DNA of 64,000 bases from Clostridia bacterium (GCA_017397175.1 JAFQKA010000001.1:8266-72265); one strand, 5' to 3'. Positions 16,887-27,009 are shown, counted from the first letter of the stretch. Translations and numbers: made by a program. The notes: a model not told the origin generated them from the letters alone.

Positions 16887-17645
16887 TTAACCCCAGCGTC
16901 TCTTGTCGTAGACGCGGACAGTAGCGAAAACGAAGACGCTGCAAAGGGAGATGTAGTAGAAGATGGCGGCAAAATCGAACTTGCCTGCGCTGAAGTTCGC
17001 AAAACGGCTGAGAACGTTGAACCAGTCGATAACGAAACGAACCGCATAGCTTGAGATTATTGCCTCGTTGTTAATAGAAGCGGGTGCAAGCATTGCAACG
17101 AGCGTTGCAATGGTAATAACTGCCGCGGCAAGCTGATTTTCCGTCAAGGTCGAGATGAACATACCCACGGCTATGAAGACCGCGCCGATAAACAGGATTC
17201 CCACAAGAGAACCGAGGATCTGTGCGTCAGAGGGGCCGATGTGAATGTAATTTGCCTGCTGACCTGCCTCACTTCTTTCCATGGCGGCAACCGCATAAAG
17301 GGGAAGGAAGTTGATGCAGGATATGATGATCGAAGCGGCGTACATAGTGAAGGCCGCAAAGTATTTTCCCAGCACCATAGAGGTGATCGAAACGGGTGCG
17401 GTGAGAAGCATCTGTTCGGTGCGGAGTTTTTTCTCCTCGGCAAAGAGCTTCATGGTAAGCAGGGGAATGAGTACGACCAGCACCAAAATAAGCATACTGA
17501 AATAGTTTGAGGTGCTGTACGTGTTAGAGATAAGCGTCGTATAGCAGAACAGCAGAGCGGATATGGCAAGGAAGATTCCGATATACACGTATCCGATTGC
17601 GTTGATGAAATACGAACGCAGTTCCTTTAAGTATATGGCGAGCAT
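16887..17645 (-). CDS. ABC-2 type transporter permease (GldF-like, operon 1)
   Basis: 252 aa with six hydrophobic segments, between the ATPase and the GldG-like gene. Confidence 0.8.
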   Translation of the reverse strand: MLAIYLKELRSYFINAIGYVYIGIFLAISALLFCYTTLISNTYSTSNYFSMLILVLVVLIPLLTMKLFAEEKKLRTEQMLLTAPVSITSMVLGKYFAAFTMYAASIIISCINFLPLYAVAAMERSEAGQQANYIHIGPSDAQILGSLVGILFIGAVFIAVGMFISTLTENQLAAAVITIATLVAMLAPASINNEAIISSYAVRFVIDWFNVLSRFANFSAGKFDFAAIFYYISLCSVFVFATVRVYDKRRWG

Positions 17646-17675
17646 TTATCTGTTTTCCTTTCTTTCTGCGTCCTG

Positions 17676-18752
17676 TCAGTCGTCCCGACGGTCAAAGATG
17701 CTTTTTGCGGCAGACTTTTGGGACTGAGCGGTCTTTTCCATGATTCTGGCGGCAACGTCACGCTCGGCATCGGCTCCGCGTTTTACCCGACTGTTTTTTG
17801 CCTTATCGTTCTTTTTCTGACCCTGTGCGTCAACGATGGTGATGAAGATGTCCTCAAGGCTCATGCCCAGAGATTCAAGACCGATAAGCGGCCAGCCGCG
17901 CTCGGCCAGCGTATAGAAAAGTGTCTTGCGGATGTCGATTCCCACGTCGCTTTCGATCATGTAGGTGAAGGCGTCGCCGTCACGCTCTGCCAGAGGCTCG
18001 GCATAAACGATGCCCGGCTTTTCACGCAGCATTGCCAGCACCTCGCGCTGAGGACCGCAAATTTTGGCGCTGAAGCGGCGGCTGGTCTCAACGGCGCGTG
18101 TGATATTCTCTGTCTTTTCGTCCGCTACGATCTGACCTTTGTTGATGATAATGATTCTGTCGCAGACCGCCTGAACCTCCTGCAGAATGTGGGTAGAGAG
18201 AATGACCGTGTGGTCACGTCCCAGGTTTCGGATCAGGTTTCTGATCTCGATTATCTGCTTTGGGTCAAGTCCGATGGTAGGCTCGTCGAAAATAATGACC
18301 TTGGGGTTGCCGATAAGCACCTGGGCGATGCCCACGCGCTGCTTATATCCCTTTGAAAGGTGGCCGATGAGCTTGTGGTAAACGTCCTTTATCTTGACCA
18401 CCTCGCAGATCTCGTCGATGTGCTTTTTGCGGTCGAGACGACAGCCCTTGAGATCGTAAGCGAAATCAAGGTATTCCTTTACCGTCATATCAAAATAGAG
18501 AGGGGGCTGCTCGGGCAGGTATCCTATTCTCTTTTTTGCCTCGAGGGGCTTTGCCAGAATGTCGATGCCGTCGATCTCAATGCTTCCGGCGGTGGAGGAC
18601 AGGTATCCTGTCAGCATATTCATGGTGGTACTTTTTCCTGCGCCGTTGGGTCCCAGGAATCCTACGATCTCGCCTGCGCCCACCTCAAAGGAGATGTCGT
18701 CAACGGCTGTGAAATTGCCGTAGGTTTTTACCAGATGTTCGATCTTAATCAT
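17676..18752 (-). CDS. ABC transporter ATP-binding protein (GldA-like, operon 1) with a ~55-aa Lys/Arg-leaning C-terminal tail
   Basis: Walker A GPNGAGKST, signature LSKGYKQR and Walker B IIFDEPT are present. The tail reads QGQKKNDKAKNSRVKRGADAERD... Confidence 0.9.
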   Translation of the reverse strand: MIKIEHLVKTYGNFTAVDDISFEVGAGEIVGFLGPNGAGKSTTMNMLTGYLSSTAGSIEIDGIDILAKPLEAKKRIGYLPEQPPLYFDMTVKEYLDFAYDLKGCRLDRKKHIDEICEVVKIKDVYHKLIGHLSKGYKQRVGIAQVLIGNPKVIIFDEPTIGLDPKQIIEIRNLIRNLGRDHTVILSTHILQEVQAVCDRIIIINKGQIVADEKTENITRAVETSRRFSAKICGPQREVLAMLREKPGIVYAEPLAERDGDAFTYMIESDVGIDIRKTLFYTLAERGWPLIGLESLGMSLEDIFITIVDAQGQKKNDKAKNSRVKRGADAERDVAARIMEKTAQSQKSAAKSIFDRRDD

Positions 18753-18789
18753 GTGGTATCCTTTCGTTTTACGTTTTCCTTTTGGAAGC

Positions 18790-19137
18790 TCACTGTCTTC
18801 CTGCGGTAAGTTTTATCAGAAGCTTTATGTCGTCGGGCTGGTCTTTTGCCTCGTGGGCGGCGCGGTTGCGTTTGATCTCACCGCACTTGGTGCATTTGTG
18901 GACGATAACGTAGCCCTTTTTGGGGTCCGGCTCAACTCGGATGGGCTCCATGAGCCCGCCGCAGTCGTTTGCCCGGTCTCCGGGGTTTATATCAACGTGC
19001 AGAGAGCACAGGCAGAAAGGGCAGTGGTTGCGGGAGGAATAGCCAAGGCTTTTGACCTCTTTTCCGCAGCCGGCGCAGATAAATCCGCTGTCATTTTTTG
19101 TGAATCTTTTGACTTCCGTTCCGACCACTCCTTTCAT
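18790..19137 (-). CDS. RNHCP domain zinc-ribbon protein
   Basis: It contains the literal RNHCPFC motif plus the CxxC pairs CAGC and CTKC. ATG 19137 (MKGVVG...) is preferred, with TTG 19146 as an alternative. It ends 37 nt upstream of the ABC ATPase gene. Confidence 0.7.
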   Translation of the reverse strand: MKGVVGTEVKRFTKNDSGFICAGCGKEVKSLGYSSRNHCPFCLCSLHVDINPGDRANDCGGLMEPIRVEPDPKKGYVIVHKCTKCGEIKRNRAAHEAKDQPDDIKLLIKLTAGRQ

Positions 19138-19172
19138 CGGACACAATACCCGATTTTAAACATATTCATTAT

Positions 19173-19201
19173 ATTCTATCACACTTTTTGTCCTTTTTCA
19201 A
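19173..19201 (-). promoter_or_regulatory. Sigma-A promoter for the RNHCP gene and ABC operon 1
   Basis: The minus strand reads TTGAAA (19201-19196), 17 nt, TAGAAT (19178-19173) with an extended -10 TG. Confidence 0.55.
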
Positions 19202-19293
19202 GACCTTGTCATTTATTTTAACAATTTGCTTTGAATAAAGTGCGTTTGTTCTGTGATTTTTTTATGAAAAGCGCTCCAAAATGCTTAAAAAAG

Positions 19294-19322
19294 TTGACAA
19301 CGGGGAAAAAATGAGGTATTAT
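19294..19322 (+). promoter_or_regulatory. Sigma-A promoter for the yicC-remA-gmk string
   Basis: TTGACA (19294-19299), 17 nt, TATTAT (19317-19322). Confidence 0.6.
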
Positions 19323-19367
19323 ATATTATGTATATCTATAACTATATTTTTTTGAGGTGACATAAAC

Positions 19368-20252
19368 ATGAGAAGCATGACAGCCTTCGGGCGATACAAA
19401 GGTGCGCTTGACGGAAAGGATATTACGGTAGAGATAAAAAGCGTAAACAGCCGTTTCCTCGACTGCACGGTTAAAATTTCCCGGGTCTTTTCCTTTCTTG
19501 AGGAGAGGGTAAAAACCTATCTGCGCGACAATGGCGTATCCCGTGGTAAAGTCGACGTTTACATAGGAGTTGAGATGCTTGAAAGCTCGGACGCGCAGAT
19601 AAACTGCGACATGGGCTTGGCGAAAGGCTATCTGAGCGCTTTGACAGAGCTTCGTGACGAGCTTGGAGTTCGTGACGACATAAGCGTTATGAGCATTGCC
19701 AGAATGCCCGACGTGCTGACGGTGAAAAAGCCCGAAGAGGACGAGGAAAAGGATTGGCAAACGGTCAAAACCGCTCTTGACAGCGCGCTTGACGTATTCT
19801 TTGAGGCAAGAGAGCGGGAGGGCGAGAGACTGCGCGAGGATATTGCGCAGAAGATCGAGGCTATCCGCGAGATGATAGCTGAGGTGGACCGCCGCTCAAA
19901 GGACGATATTTCTTCCTACAAGTCAAGACTCGAGGAAAAATTGCGTAAAGTGCTGGCGGACAACAAGGTGACCGCCGACGAGAACAGGATACTCACCGAA
20001 TGTGCCATCTTTGCGGACAAGGTTGCCATCGACGAGGAAGTGGTACGTCTTGGCTCTCACTTCGATGCGTTTTACGATATCGCCGCTTCAAAGGAGCCTG
20101 CGGGCAGACGCCTTGATTTCCTGCTTCAGGAAATGAACCGCGAGATCAATACTATCGGTTCCAAGTGCAACAGCGCCGAGATCGCTCACATCGTGGTCGA
20201 CGTGAAGAATGAGTTTGAGAAGATCAGAGAACAGATACAGAATCTTGAGTAA
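19368..20252 (+). CDS. yicC: YicC/YloC family endoribonuclease
   Basis: 294 aa. The N-terminus MRSMTAFGR...[11 protein letters not shown] is typical of the YicC N-terminal domain. Confidence 0.9.
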   Translation: MRSMTAFGRYKGALDGKDITVEIKSVNSRFLDCTVKISRVFSFLEERVKTYLRDNGVSRGKVDVYIGVEMLESSDAQINCDMGLAKGYLSALTELRDELGVRDDISVMSIARMPDVLTVKKPEEDEEKDWQTVKTALDSALDVFFEAREREGERLREDIAQKIEAIREMIAEVDRRSKDDISSYKSRLEEKLRKVLADNKVTADENRILTECAIFADKVAIDEEVVRLGSHFDAFYDIAASKEPAGRRLDFLLQEMNREINTIGSKCNSAEIAHIVVDVKNEFEKIREQIQNLE

Positions 20253-20266
20253 GGGGGATTGACACC

Positions 20267-20539
20267 GTGAAATTTATAAACGTAGGCTTTGGAAATATGG
20301 TGGCTGCGGACAGAGTTGTGGCACTTGCCGCATCCGATTCTGCACCGATCAAGAGACTTATTCAGGATTCAAAGGACGCAGGCAGAGTTATCGACGTCAC
20401 CTGCGGCCGCCGCACCCGCGCCGTTATCGTTACCGACAGCGATCTGGTCATTCTTTCCGCTATTCAGGCAGAGACTATTGCAAACCGTCTTGAAAACGGC
20501 TCTGACGACGGAGACGACGAGGAGGACGAGGTCAAATGA
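20267..20539 (+). CDS. remA: RemA/YlzA (DUF370) extracellular matrix regulator
   Basis: 90 aa with a GTG start. [17 protein letters not shown]...[10 protein letters not shown] is present, followed by an acidic tail. Confidence 0.85.
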   Translation: MKFINVGFGNMVAADRVVALAASDSAPIKRLIQDSKDAGRVIDVTCGRRTRAVIVTDSDLVILSAIQAETIANRLENGSDDGDDEEDEVK

Positions 20540-21147
20540 GCCGGGGATTATTGCTTGTTATCAGCGGACCTGCCGGAAGCGGTAAGGGTACCGTTATAAA
20601 ATACCTCATGGAAAAGGAGCGGGATATCGCTTATTCGGTTTCCGCTACGACACGCTCACCCAGACCCGGTGAGGTGGACGGTGTGAACTACCATTTCATT
20701 TCCGTTGACGAGTTTAAATCCCGAATCGAGCATGGCGGTATTCTTGAATACACCGAATACTGCGGAAACTTCTACGGCACCCCCAAAAAGGAAGCCGAGG
20801 AGGTTCTTGATGCGGGAAAGAATCTGATCCTTGAGATCGAGGTCGAGGGAGCCGCTAACGTAAAACGGATTTGCCCCGACGCGGTGCTTATTATGCTTTT
20901 GCCTCCGTCTCATGCCGAGCAGGAAAGAAGACTGAGAGGCCGCGGCACCGAGCCCGAGGACAAGATCCTCGCCCGTTTGGCACAGGCGAGAGAGGAGATC
21001 AAGCAACTTGGCATTTACGACTACATAGTTTACAATCAAGACGGTGCTGCAGAGGAATGCGCGCAGGACATTTCGTCCATTATACGCGCGGAGAGACTGA
21101 GCCGCCGCCGCAACCCCGATGCCGAGAGCAAATTTCTGGGCAACTAA
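20536..21147 (+). CDS. gmk: Guanylate kinase
   Basis: 203 aa with P-loop GPAGSGKGT and the [17 protein letters not shown] motif. Confidence 0.95.
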   Translation: MSRGLLLVISGPAGSGKGTVIKYLMEKERDIAYSVSATTRSPRPGEVDGVNYHFISVDEFKSRIEHGGILEYTEYCGNFYGTPKKEAEEVLDAGKNLILEIEVEGAANVKRICPDAVLIMLLPPSHAEQERRLRGRGTEPEDKILARLAQAREEIKQLGIYDYIVYNQDGAAEECAQDISSIIRAERLSRRRNPDAESKFLGN

Positions 21148-21198
21148 ATCAAGTCAATAAAAATTAACATAAAAACATACAAAGGAGTTCAATTCACT

Positions 21199-21621
21199 AT
21201 GATTTATCCTACGATTCAGGACCTGACAAAAGACAAGATCAACCGTTATGAGCTGGCTATCGCTACCGCAAAGTGCGCGCGCATCATCACAGACGAGTAC
21301 GTGCGTGAAAGAGAAGCGGCAGAGAAGATGGCTGCGGCAAATAAGGAATCGGACAAGGCCATTCTCAACATGGTCACAAAGGAATACAGAGACGAAAAGG
21401 CCGTAAAGTGCGCCATCAAGCGTATGCACACGGGCGAGTTTGCTATCCTCAGCCCCGAGGAGGCTGAGATCAAGAGAGCTCAGCGTGCGGCAGAGGCAGA
21501 GCAGAGACGTCTTGAGGAAGAAGCGAGAAGAAACGCTCCCGTATTCTTTGGCGACGATGACGAGGAGGAGCTTTCCGAGGAGACTTCCGAAGAGGAAGAG
21601 GCTGAAGAGATAGAGGAGTGA
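21199..21621 (+). CDS. rpoZ: DNA-directed RNA polymerase subunit omega, with a long acidic C-terminal extension
   Basis: The N-terminal ~70 aa are omega-like (NRYELAIATAKCARIIT). The remaining ~70 aa are Glu/Ala-rich. The position between gmk and priA matches the B. subtilis yloH position. Confidence 0.8.
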   Translation: MIYPTIQDLTKDKINRYELAIATAKCARIITDEYVREREAAEKMAAANKESDKAILNMVTKEYRDEKAVKCAIKRMHTGEFAILSPEEAEIKRAQRAAEAEQRRLEEEARRNAPVFFGDDDEEELSEETSEEEEAEEIEE

Positions 21622-21646
21622 TCCTCACACACTCCGAGGGTAAAAG

Positions 21647-24118
21647 ATGAACGCACAGAATTTTGCAAAGGTCTATATTCTCGACGCGCCATATGGCGCC
21701 GACAGGGCATATGATTATTTCGTGCCCGTCGAATTGCTTTCTGCTGTCAAGGTGGGAGGCTTTGTCGTTGTGCCCTTCGGAGGAGGAAACAGAAAAAGAA
21801 TAGGTATCGTCACCGAGATGTCCGGTGAAAGTGAATGTGAGGAGCGGCTTGTAAAGCCCGTGTCATCGGGGTGCTCACCCGACCTTTGTCTGTCAGCTGA
21901 GCTGCTCAGGCTTGCTCTTTATGTAAAGGAGCATTGCCTTTGCACTCTGGGTGACGTGGTTCATGCCATGATCCCTGCCGCGGCATTTGCGTCCCTTGAG
22001 GAGCAATACAGAGCCGCGGACGACGCAAAGCTGTCTTCCAGAGCAAGCAAGCAGACGGCAGAGTTTTTTTCCTTTATCTGTGATCAGGGATTTGTTTCGG
22101 AAACGCGTCTTAAAAGCGTTTTCGGGGCAGGATACCGCGCCGAGCTTGAAAAGCTTCTTAAAGGTAAGAAGATCGTTCGTGAAATGCGTCTCAGGGATAG
22201 CTCAAAGCAGCTTTTTGACAAGCGTTATTCCCTTAGCGAGGAAAACTTTGACGAGGGTAAGATACGCTCTGTGTCACAGCGGGCGGTAATCGAGTTTTTA
22301 AAGCTCTCACCCGATGCTGACGCAACACAGATCAAAGCCGAAACGGGCGCGTCAAGCGCGATCTTGAAGACCCTTGAGGAAAAGGGGATAATCTGCTGCT
22401 CGAAGGTCGAGAGGTATCGCAACCCTTACGAGACCGATAAGGCGGGAAAACGAAGCGAAAACAAGCTCAGCGATGAGCAAAGGACGGCGGCGGATACTCT
22501 GATAAAAATGTCCGAGGAGGGTCGTCCCTGCGCGGCTTTGCTTCACGGTGTTACGGGAAGCGGAAAGACCGTGGTCATGACTACTCTCATGGACAGAGTG
22601 CTCGATAGCGGAAAAAGCGTTATCCTTCTTTTACCCGAGATATCCCTTACGCCGCAGACCATCGGAATCTTCTGCGGTAGGTACGGAAACACCGTGGCGG
22701 TGGTTCATTCGGGACTTTCGGCAGGGGAACGTCTTGATGCCTATACAAGGATCTCAAAGGGAGACGCGAGAGTGATCATAGGAACACGCTCCGCGGTCTT
22801 TTCTCCCGCGCAAGATCTCGGCCTTATCATTATGGACGAGGAGCAGGAGACCACCTATAAATCCGATCAGAACCCCAAGTATCACGCGCGCGATGTGGCG
22901 CGCTTCCGCTGTGCGGCGGAAAACGCCATGCTTTTGCTTGCCTCGGCAACTCCGTCGCTTGAAAGCTATCACAAGGCGGCGAGCGGTGCGTATACGTTAA
23001 TAAAATTGAAAAATCGCTTCAGCGGAGCAGAGTTGCCTTGTGTAAAGGTCTGCGATATGCGGTCCGAGCCGCAAAGCGGCAACCTGTCCCCTATCGGAGA
23101 TCAACTTTGCGCCGAGCTTAACCGCGTGCAGAGCGAGGGCAACCAATCGGTGCTTTTCCTCAACCGTCGCGGCTACAATAAATTTGTCAGCTGTCGCAGC
23201 TGCGGAAATGCCATTCGATGTACCTCCTGCAGCGTTTCCATGACCTATCACACAAGTGACAACACTTACCGGAGCGGTTATCTCATGTGCCATATTTGCG
23301 GAAGAAAGATTTCTCTGCCGCAAAACTGTCCCGACTGCGCCTCGGATAAGCTGGTGAGAATGGGATATGGCACTCAAAGGGTAGAGCAGGAGCTTTCCGA
23401 AATCGTTCCCGGTGCAAAAGTTCTGCGAATGGATACCGACACGACAACGAGCAAGTTTTCTTACGATAAGATCCTGGGCGATTTCCGTGCCCGTCGGGCA
23501 GATATACTGCTGGGTACACAGATGGTGACAAAGGGACATGATTTTCCCGGCGTGAAGCTGGTGGGCGTCCTTTTGGCGGACTCGTCTCTTTACCTTGACG
23601 ACTATCGGGCGGGAGAAAGGACCTTCTCTATGCTCACTCAGGTCATAGGCCGCGCGGGACGAAGCGGCGGAGGAGGACTGGCGGTCATTCAGACCTGCAA
23701 CCCCGACAGCGACATAATAAAGCTTGCTTGCGCTCAGGACTACGAGACCTTTTATCAAAGGGAAATAAAATTGCGTCAACAGCTGAAATTTCCACCGTTC
23801 TGCGATATTGCGCTGATCACGGTCAGCTCGACCGACGAACGGGAGATGATGAGTGCCGCCGCGGCTGTCAGAACGGAATATCTGAAGCTGACGAAAAAAG
23901 GCGGCAAGTTCGAGCAGGTCCCGACGGTGGTCTTCGGGCCCTTTGAGGCTCCCATTTACCGTGCCGAGGGACGCTGTCGAATGAGGTTTGTCATCAAATG
24001 CAAGCTGAACACCGATACAAGAGCTCTTTTTGACGCCTTGCTGAAAAAATTCTCAATGGACCGTCAAACGGGAGCAAAAACACAAATATCTCTCGATTTC
24101 AACCCAACAAATCTTTGA
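21647..24118 (+). CDS. priA: Primosomal protein N' (replication restart helicase PriA)
   Basis: 823 aa with Walker A GVTGSGKT, DEEQ, and the Cys-rich zinc-binding insert (CRSCGNAIRCTSCS...CHICG...CPDC). Confidence 0.95.
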   Translation: MNAQNFAKVYILDAPYGADRAYDYFVPVELLSAVKVGGFVVVPFGGGNRKRIGIVTEMSGESECEERLVKPVSSGCSPDLCLSAELLRLALYVKEHCLCTLGDVVHAMIPAAAFASLEEQYRAADDAKLSSRASKQTAEFFSFICDQGFVSETRLKSVFGAGYRAELEKLLKGKKIVREMRLRDSSKQLFDKRYSLSEENFDEGKIRSVSQRAVIEFLKLSPDADATQIKAETGASSAILKTLEEKGIICCSKVERYRNPYETDKAGKRSENKLSDEQRTAADTLIKMSEEGRPCAALLHGVTGSGKTVVMTTLMDRVLDSGKSVILLLPEISLTPQTIGIFCGRYGNTVAVVHSGLSAGERLDAYTRISKGDARVIIGTRSAVFSPAQDLGLIIMDEEQETTYKSDQNPKYHARDVARFRCAAENAMLLLASATPSLESYHKAASGAYTLIKLKNRFSGAELPCVKVCDMRSEPQSGNLSPIGDQLCAELNRVQSEGNQSVLFLNRRGYNKFVSCRSCGNAIRCTSCSVSMTYHTSDNTYRSGYLMCHICGRKISLPQNCPDCASDKLVRMGYGTQRVEQELSEIVPGAKVLRMDTDTTTSKFSYDKILGDFRARRADILLGTQMVTKGHDFPGVKLVGVLLADSSLYLDDYRAGERTFSMLTQVIGRAGRSGGGGLAVIQTCNPDSDIIKLACAQDYETFYQREIKLRQQLKFPPFCDIALITVSSTDEREMMSAAAAVRTEYLKLTKKGGKFEQVPTVVFGPFEAPIYRAEGRCRMRFVIKCKLNTDTRALFDALLKKFSMDRQTGAKTQISLDFNPTNL

Positions 24119-24134
24119 TTTTGGAGGACGAAAA

Positions 24135-26510
24135 ATGGATTTTCCCAAGATTTTCGTTTGTGCAACGCGGGAAAAATGTGAATACTACAAGCACGTAAAC
24201 GCGCCCGCATTCCGCCGCAGCTTTGTTCTTGCCAAAAAGCCCGACCGCGCGGAAATACTTATCTGCGGTCTCGGATTTTACGATCTTTTCGTCAACGGTG
24301 AGAAGGTCACAAAGGGACTTTTGGCACCATATATCTCAAATCCGGACGATTATACGATTTTTGATAAATACGACCTGACCGACAAGCTGAATGAGGGCGA
24401 AAACGTCATCGGCGTCGTGCTTGGTAACGGTATGCAGAATCCCATGACCGAGACTTGGCAGTTCAATGAGGCAAAATATGCCTCCTCCCCCAAGCTTGCG
24501 CTTGCTTTTGAGGCAAAGTGCGGAGATGATACGGTGACCTTTGACGCCACCTCCATGAAGTGGGCACCGTCACCTATAACATTTGACAACCACCGTCTTG
24601 GAGTTCACTACGACGCTCGTCTTGAAACAGACGGCTGGTGCGAGGCGGGCTTTGACGATTCGGATTGGCAAGCGCCTCTTTTGGCAGAGATCCCGCGTGG
24701 GGAAGCAAAGCTCTGCGATACCGATCCCATCGTTGTAAAGCGTGAAATCCCCGCGCTTTCCGTCAAGGAAGGGGGACTTGCACCTTACGAGAATAACAAA
24801 AAGAACAGCGTTCCCGCGCCCGAAACGGATTTTGACCGTGACGGCGGATATATTTACGATTTCGGCGTGAACACCGCCGGGATCTTCCGACTTGTGCTCA
24901 GAAACACGACACCCGGACAGAAGATATCCGTTCAGGTCTCCGAAAAGCTGGACGGCGAGGGAAGAGTTGATTATTCGAATATTTCGTTCTATCCCGACGG
25001 CTACTCACAAAGAGATATTTATATCTGCCGCGGCGCCGCCGAGGAGATATTTGAGCCTATGTTCGTCTACCACGGTTACAGATATCTGCACGTCAACGGT
25101 CTGACCGAGGAGCAGGCTGTGCCCGAAACGGTGACCATGCTCCAGGCGTATTCCGACGTCTGCTCACGCGCAAAATTTAACTGCTCGGACGAGACGGCTA
25201 ATACGCTTTACAAAATGGCGCTTAATTCCGACGTTTCAAACCTGCACTATTTCCCCACCGACTGCCCTCACCGTGAAAAGAACGGATGGACAGGTGACGC
25301 GGCGGCATCGGCCGAGCATATGGTGCTCACGCTGACCGTTGAGCGCACCTGGCGCGAGTGGCTTCGCCACATCGTAAAGGCGCAGGACACGCAGGGCAGA
25401 TTCCCCGGAATCGTGCCTACCGCAGGCTGGGGATTCAAATGGGGCAACGGTCCCGCATGGGACAGAGTTCTTTTCAATCTGCCTTACTTTGATTACCTTT
25501 ATACGGGAAGCACCGTTTCGATCCGTGAGTGCGGTCAGGCAATGCTCCGCTATCTCAACTACGTTTCGGGTATGCGGGACGCGGACGGACTTATCCGTCT
25601 AGGTCTGGGCGACTGGTCTCCATTTGGCACCACCAACTGCCATGCACACAAGGCTGATCTGAAGTTTACCGACACCGCAATGGTATATGAAATGTGCCGT
25701 GAGGCAAAGGTCATGTTCGAGGCTGTGGGCAGAAAGCATGAAGCGCTCTACGTTGCTTCGCTCGGAGAGGAGATTCTCTCGGATATAAGAAAGCATCTGA
25801 TCGACTTTGGCAGAATGAGGACGACGGATAACTGCGTTGCCTCTCAGGCTTTGGCGATTTACCACGGTATCTTTAACGACAGCGAAAAAAAGGCCGCGGG
25901 ACAGGAGCTTTTAAAGCTGCTTGACGGCGGCAATGGACTTATCGGCATGGGATATCTCGGCGCGAGAGTTTTTTTCCACGTGCTCACCTCTATCGGTGAG
26001 GAGGAGCTTGCATTCGAGCTTATTACAAGACGTGAGTTCCCCTCTTACGGATATCTGATCGACTGCGGTCTGACCTCGCTTCCCGAGAAATTCGTGCCCA
26101 AGGTGGCAGATATGGCGTCCCTTAACCACCATTTCTTCGGGGACATCAATCATTGGTTTATCCGCACGGTTTTGGGAATCAACGTAAATCCCGACGAAAA
26201 CGATCCCAACAGGATCATTGTAAAACCTCACTTTATCAAAGGACTTGATCACGCTGAGGGCGAATATGACGCGCCTGCAGGTAAAGTGACGGTCAAGTGG
26301 ACACGCATAGACGAGACCGCGGTGGACCTGGACGTTCAATTCCCCGAGGGCGTGAGAGGAAGCATTATCCTGCCCGAGGGATATACATACGAGGAAGGAA
26401 AGGGATCATTCCGACCTTACGAGAAAAACGCTCTTCGAAACTTCGCGGACATGAGCGTTCGAGAGATAGTAAAAACAGATTCAAAATACACATATATTTC
26501 AAAAGGATAA
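24135..26510 (+). CDS. Alpha-L-rhamnosidase-like glycoside hydrolase (GH78 family), cytoplasmic
   Basis: 791 aa with no signal peptide. The N-terminal pattern (FRRSF...ILICGLGFYDLFVNGEKV) and overall size and layout are those I associate with GH78 rhamnosidases. Confidence 0.65.
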   Translation: MDFPKIFVCATREKCEYYKHVNAPAFRRSFVLAKKPDRAEILICGLGFYDLFVNGEKVTKGLLAPYISNPDDYTIFDKYDLTDKLNEGENVIGVVLGNGMQNPMTETWQFNEAKYASSPKLALAFEAKCGDDTVTFDATSMKWAPSPITFDNHRLGVHYDARLETDGWCEAGFDDSDWQAPLLAEIPRGEAKLCDTDPIVVKREIPALSVKEGGLAPYENNKKNSVPAPETDFDRDGGYIYDFGVNTAGIFRLVLRNTTPGQKISVQVSEKLDGEGRVDYSNISFYPDGYSQRDIYICRGAAEEIFEPMFVYHGYRYLHVNGLTEEQAVPETVTMLQAYSDVCSRAKFNCSDETANTLYKMALNSDVSNLHYFPTDCPHREKNGWTGDAAASAEHMVLTLTVERTWREWLRHIVKAQDTQGRFPGIVPTAGWGFKWGNGPAWDRVLFNLPYFDYLYTGSTVSIRECGQAMLRYLNYVSGMRDADGLIRLGLGDWSPFGTTNCHAHKADLKFTDTAMVYEMCREAKVMFEAVGRKHEALYVASLGEEILSDIRKHLIDFGRMRTTDNCVASQALAIYHGIFNDSEKKAAGQELLKLLDGGNGLIGMGYLGARVFFHVLTSIGEEELAFELITRREFPSYGYLIDCGLTSLPEKFVPKVADMASLNHHFFGDINHWFIRTVLGINVNPDENDPNRIIVKPHFIKGLDHAEGEYDAPAGKVTVKWTRIDETAVDLDVQFPEGVRGSIILPEGYTYEEGKGSFRPYEKNALRNFADMSVREIVKTDSKYTYISKG

Positions 26511-26513
26511 ATT

Positions 26514-26972
26514 ATGGCAAAGCTTAAAATTGTAAAGATAGGCGACGAGACGCTGAGAAAGACCTGCCGTCCCGTTGACGTTATAACACCCAGAATACTT
26601 CAGCTTCTTGACGACATGGTCGAGACCATGCGCGCGGCGGACGGTGTGGGTCTTGCGGCCCCTCAGGTGGGTATTCTGCGCCGAATCGTGGTTATCGAGA
26701 CCGAGCCGGGCAACGTGATCGAGCTGATCAACCCCAAGATCATTGCACGCGCAGGCGAGCAAACGGGAACCGAGGGCTGTCTCTCTGTCCCCGGAAAGTG
26801 CGGAACGGTTACCCGACCCATGCACGTGACCGTTCGCGCATTGAACCGTCACGGTGAAGAATTTGAAATGTCGGGCAGCGAGCTTCTCGCAAGAGCCTTC
26901 TGCCACGAGCTTGACCACCTTGACGGCAAGCTCTACGTAGATGTGGCTGACGAGATGTTTGACAATAATTGA
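26514..26972 (+). CDS. def: Peptide deformylase
   Basis: 152 aa with the motifs GVGLAAPQ, EGCLS and HELDH. Confidence 0.95.
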   Translation: MAKLKIVKIGDETLRKTCRPVDVITPRILQLLDDMVETMRAADGVGLAAPQVGILRRIVVIETEPGNVIELINPKIIARAGEQTGTEGCLSVPGKCGTVTRPMHVTVRALNRHGEEFEMSGSELLARAFCHELDHLDGKLYVDVADEMFDNN

Positions 26973-27009
26973 TAAGAATAATTGACCCAAGGAAAAGGTA
27001 ATATATTAA

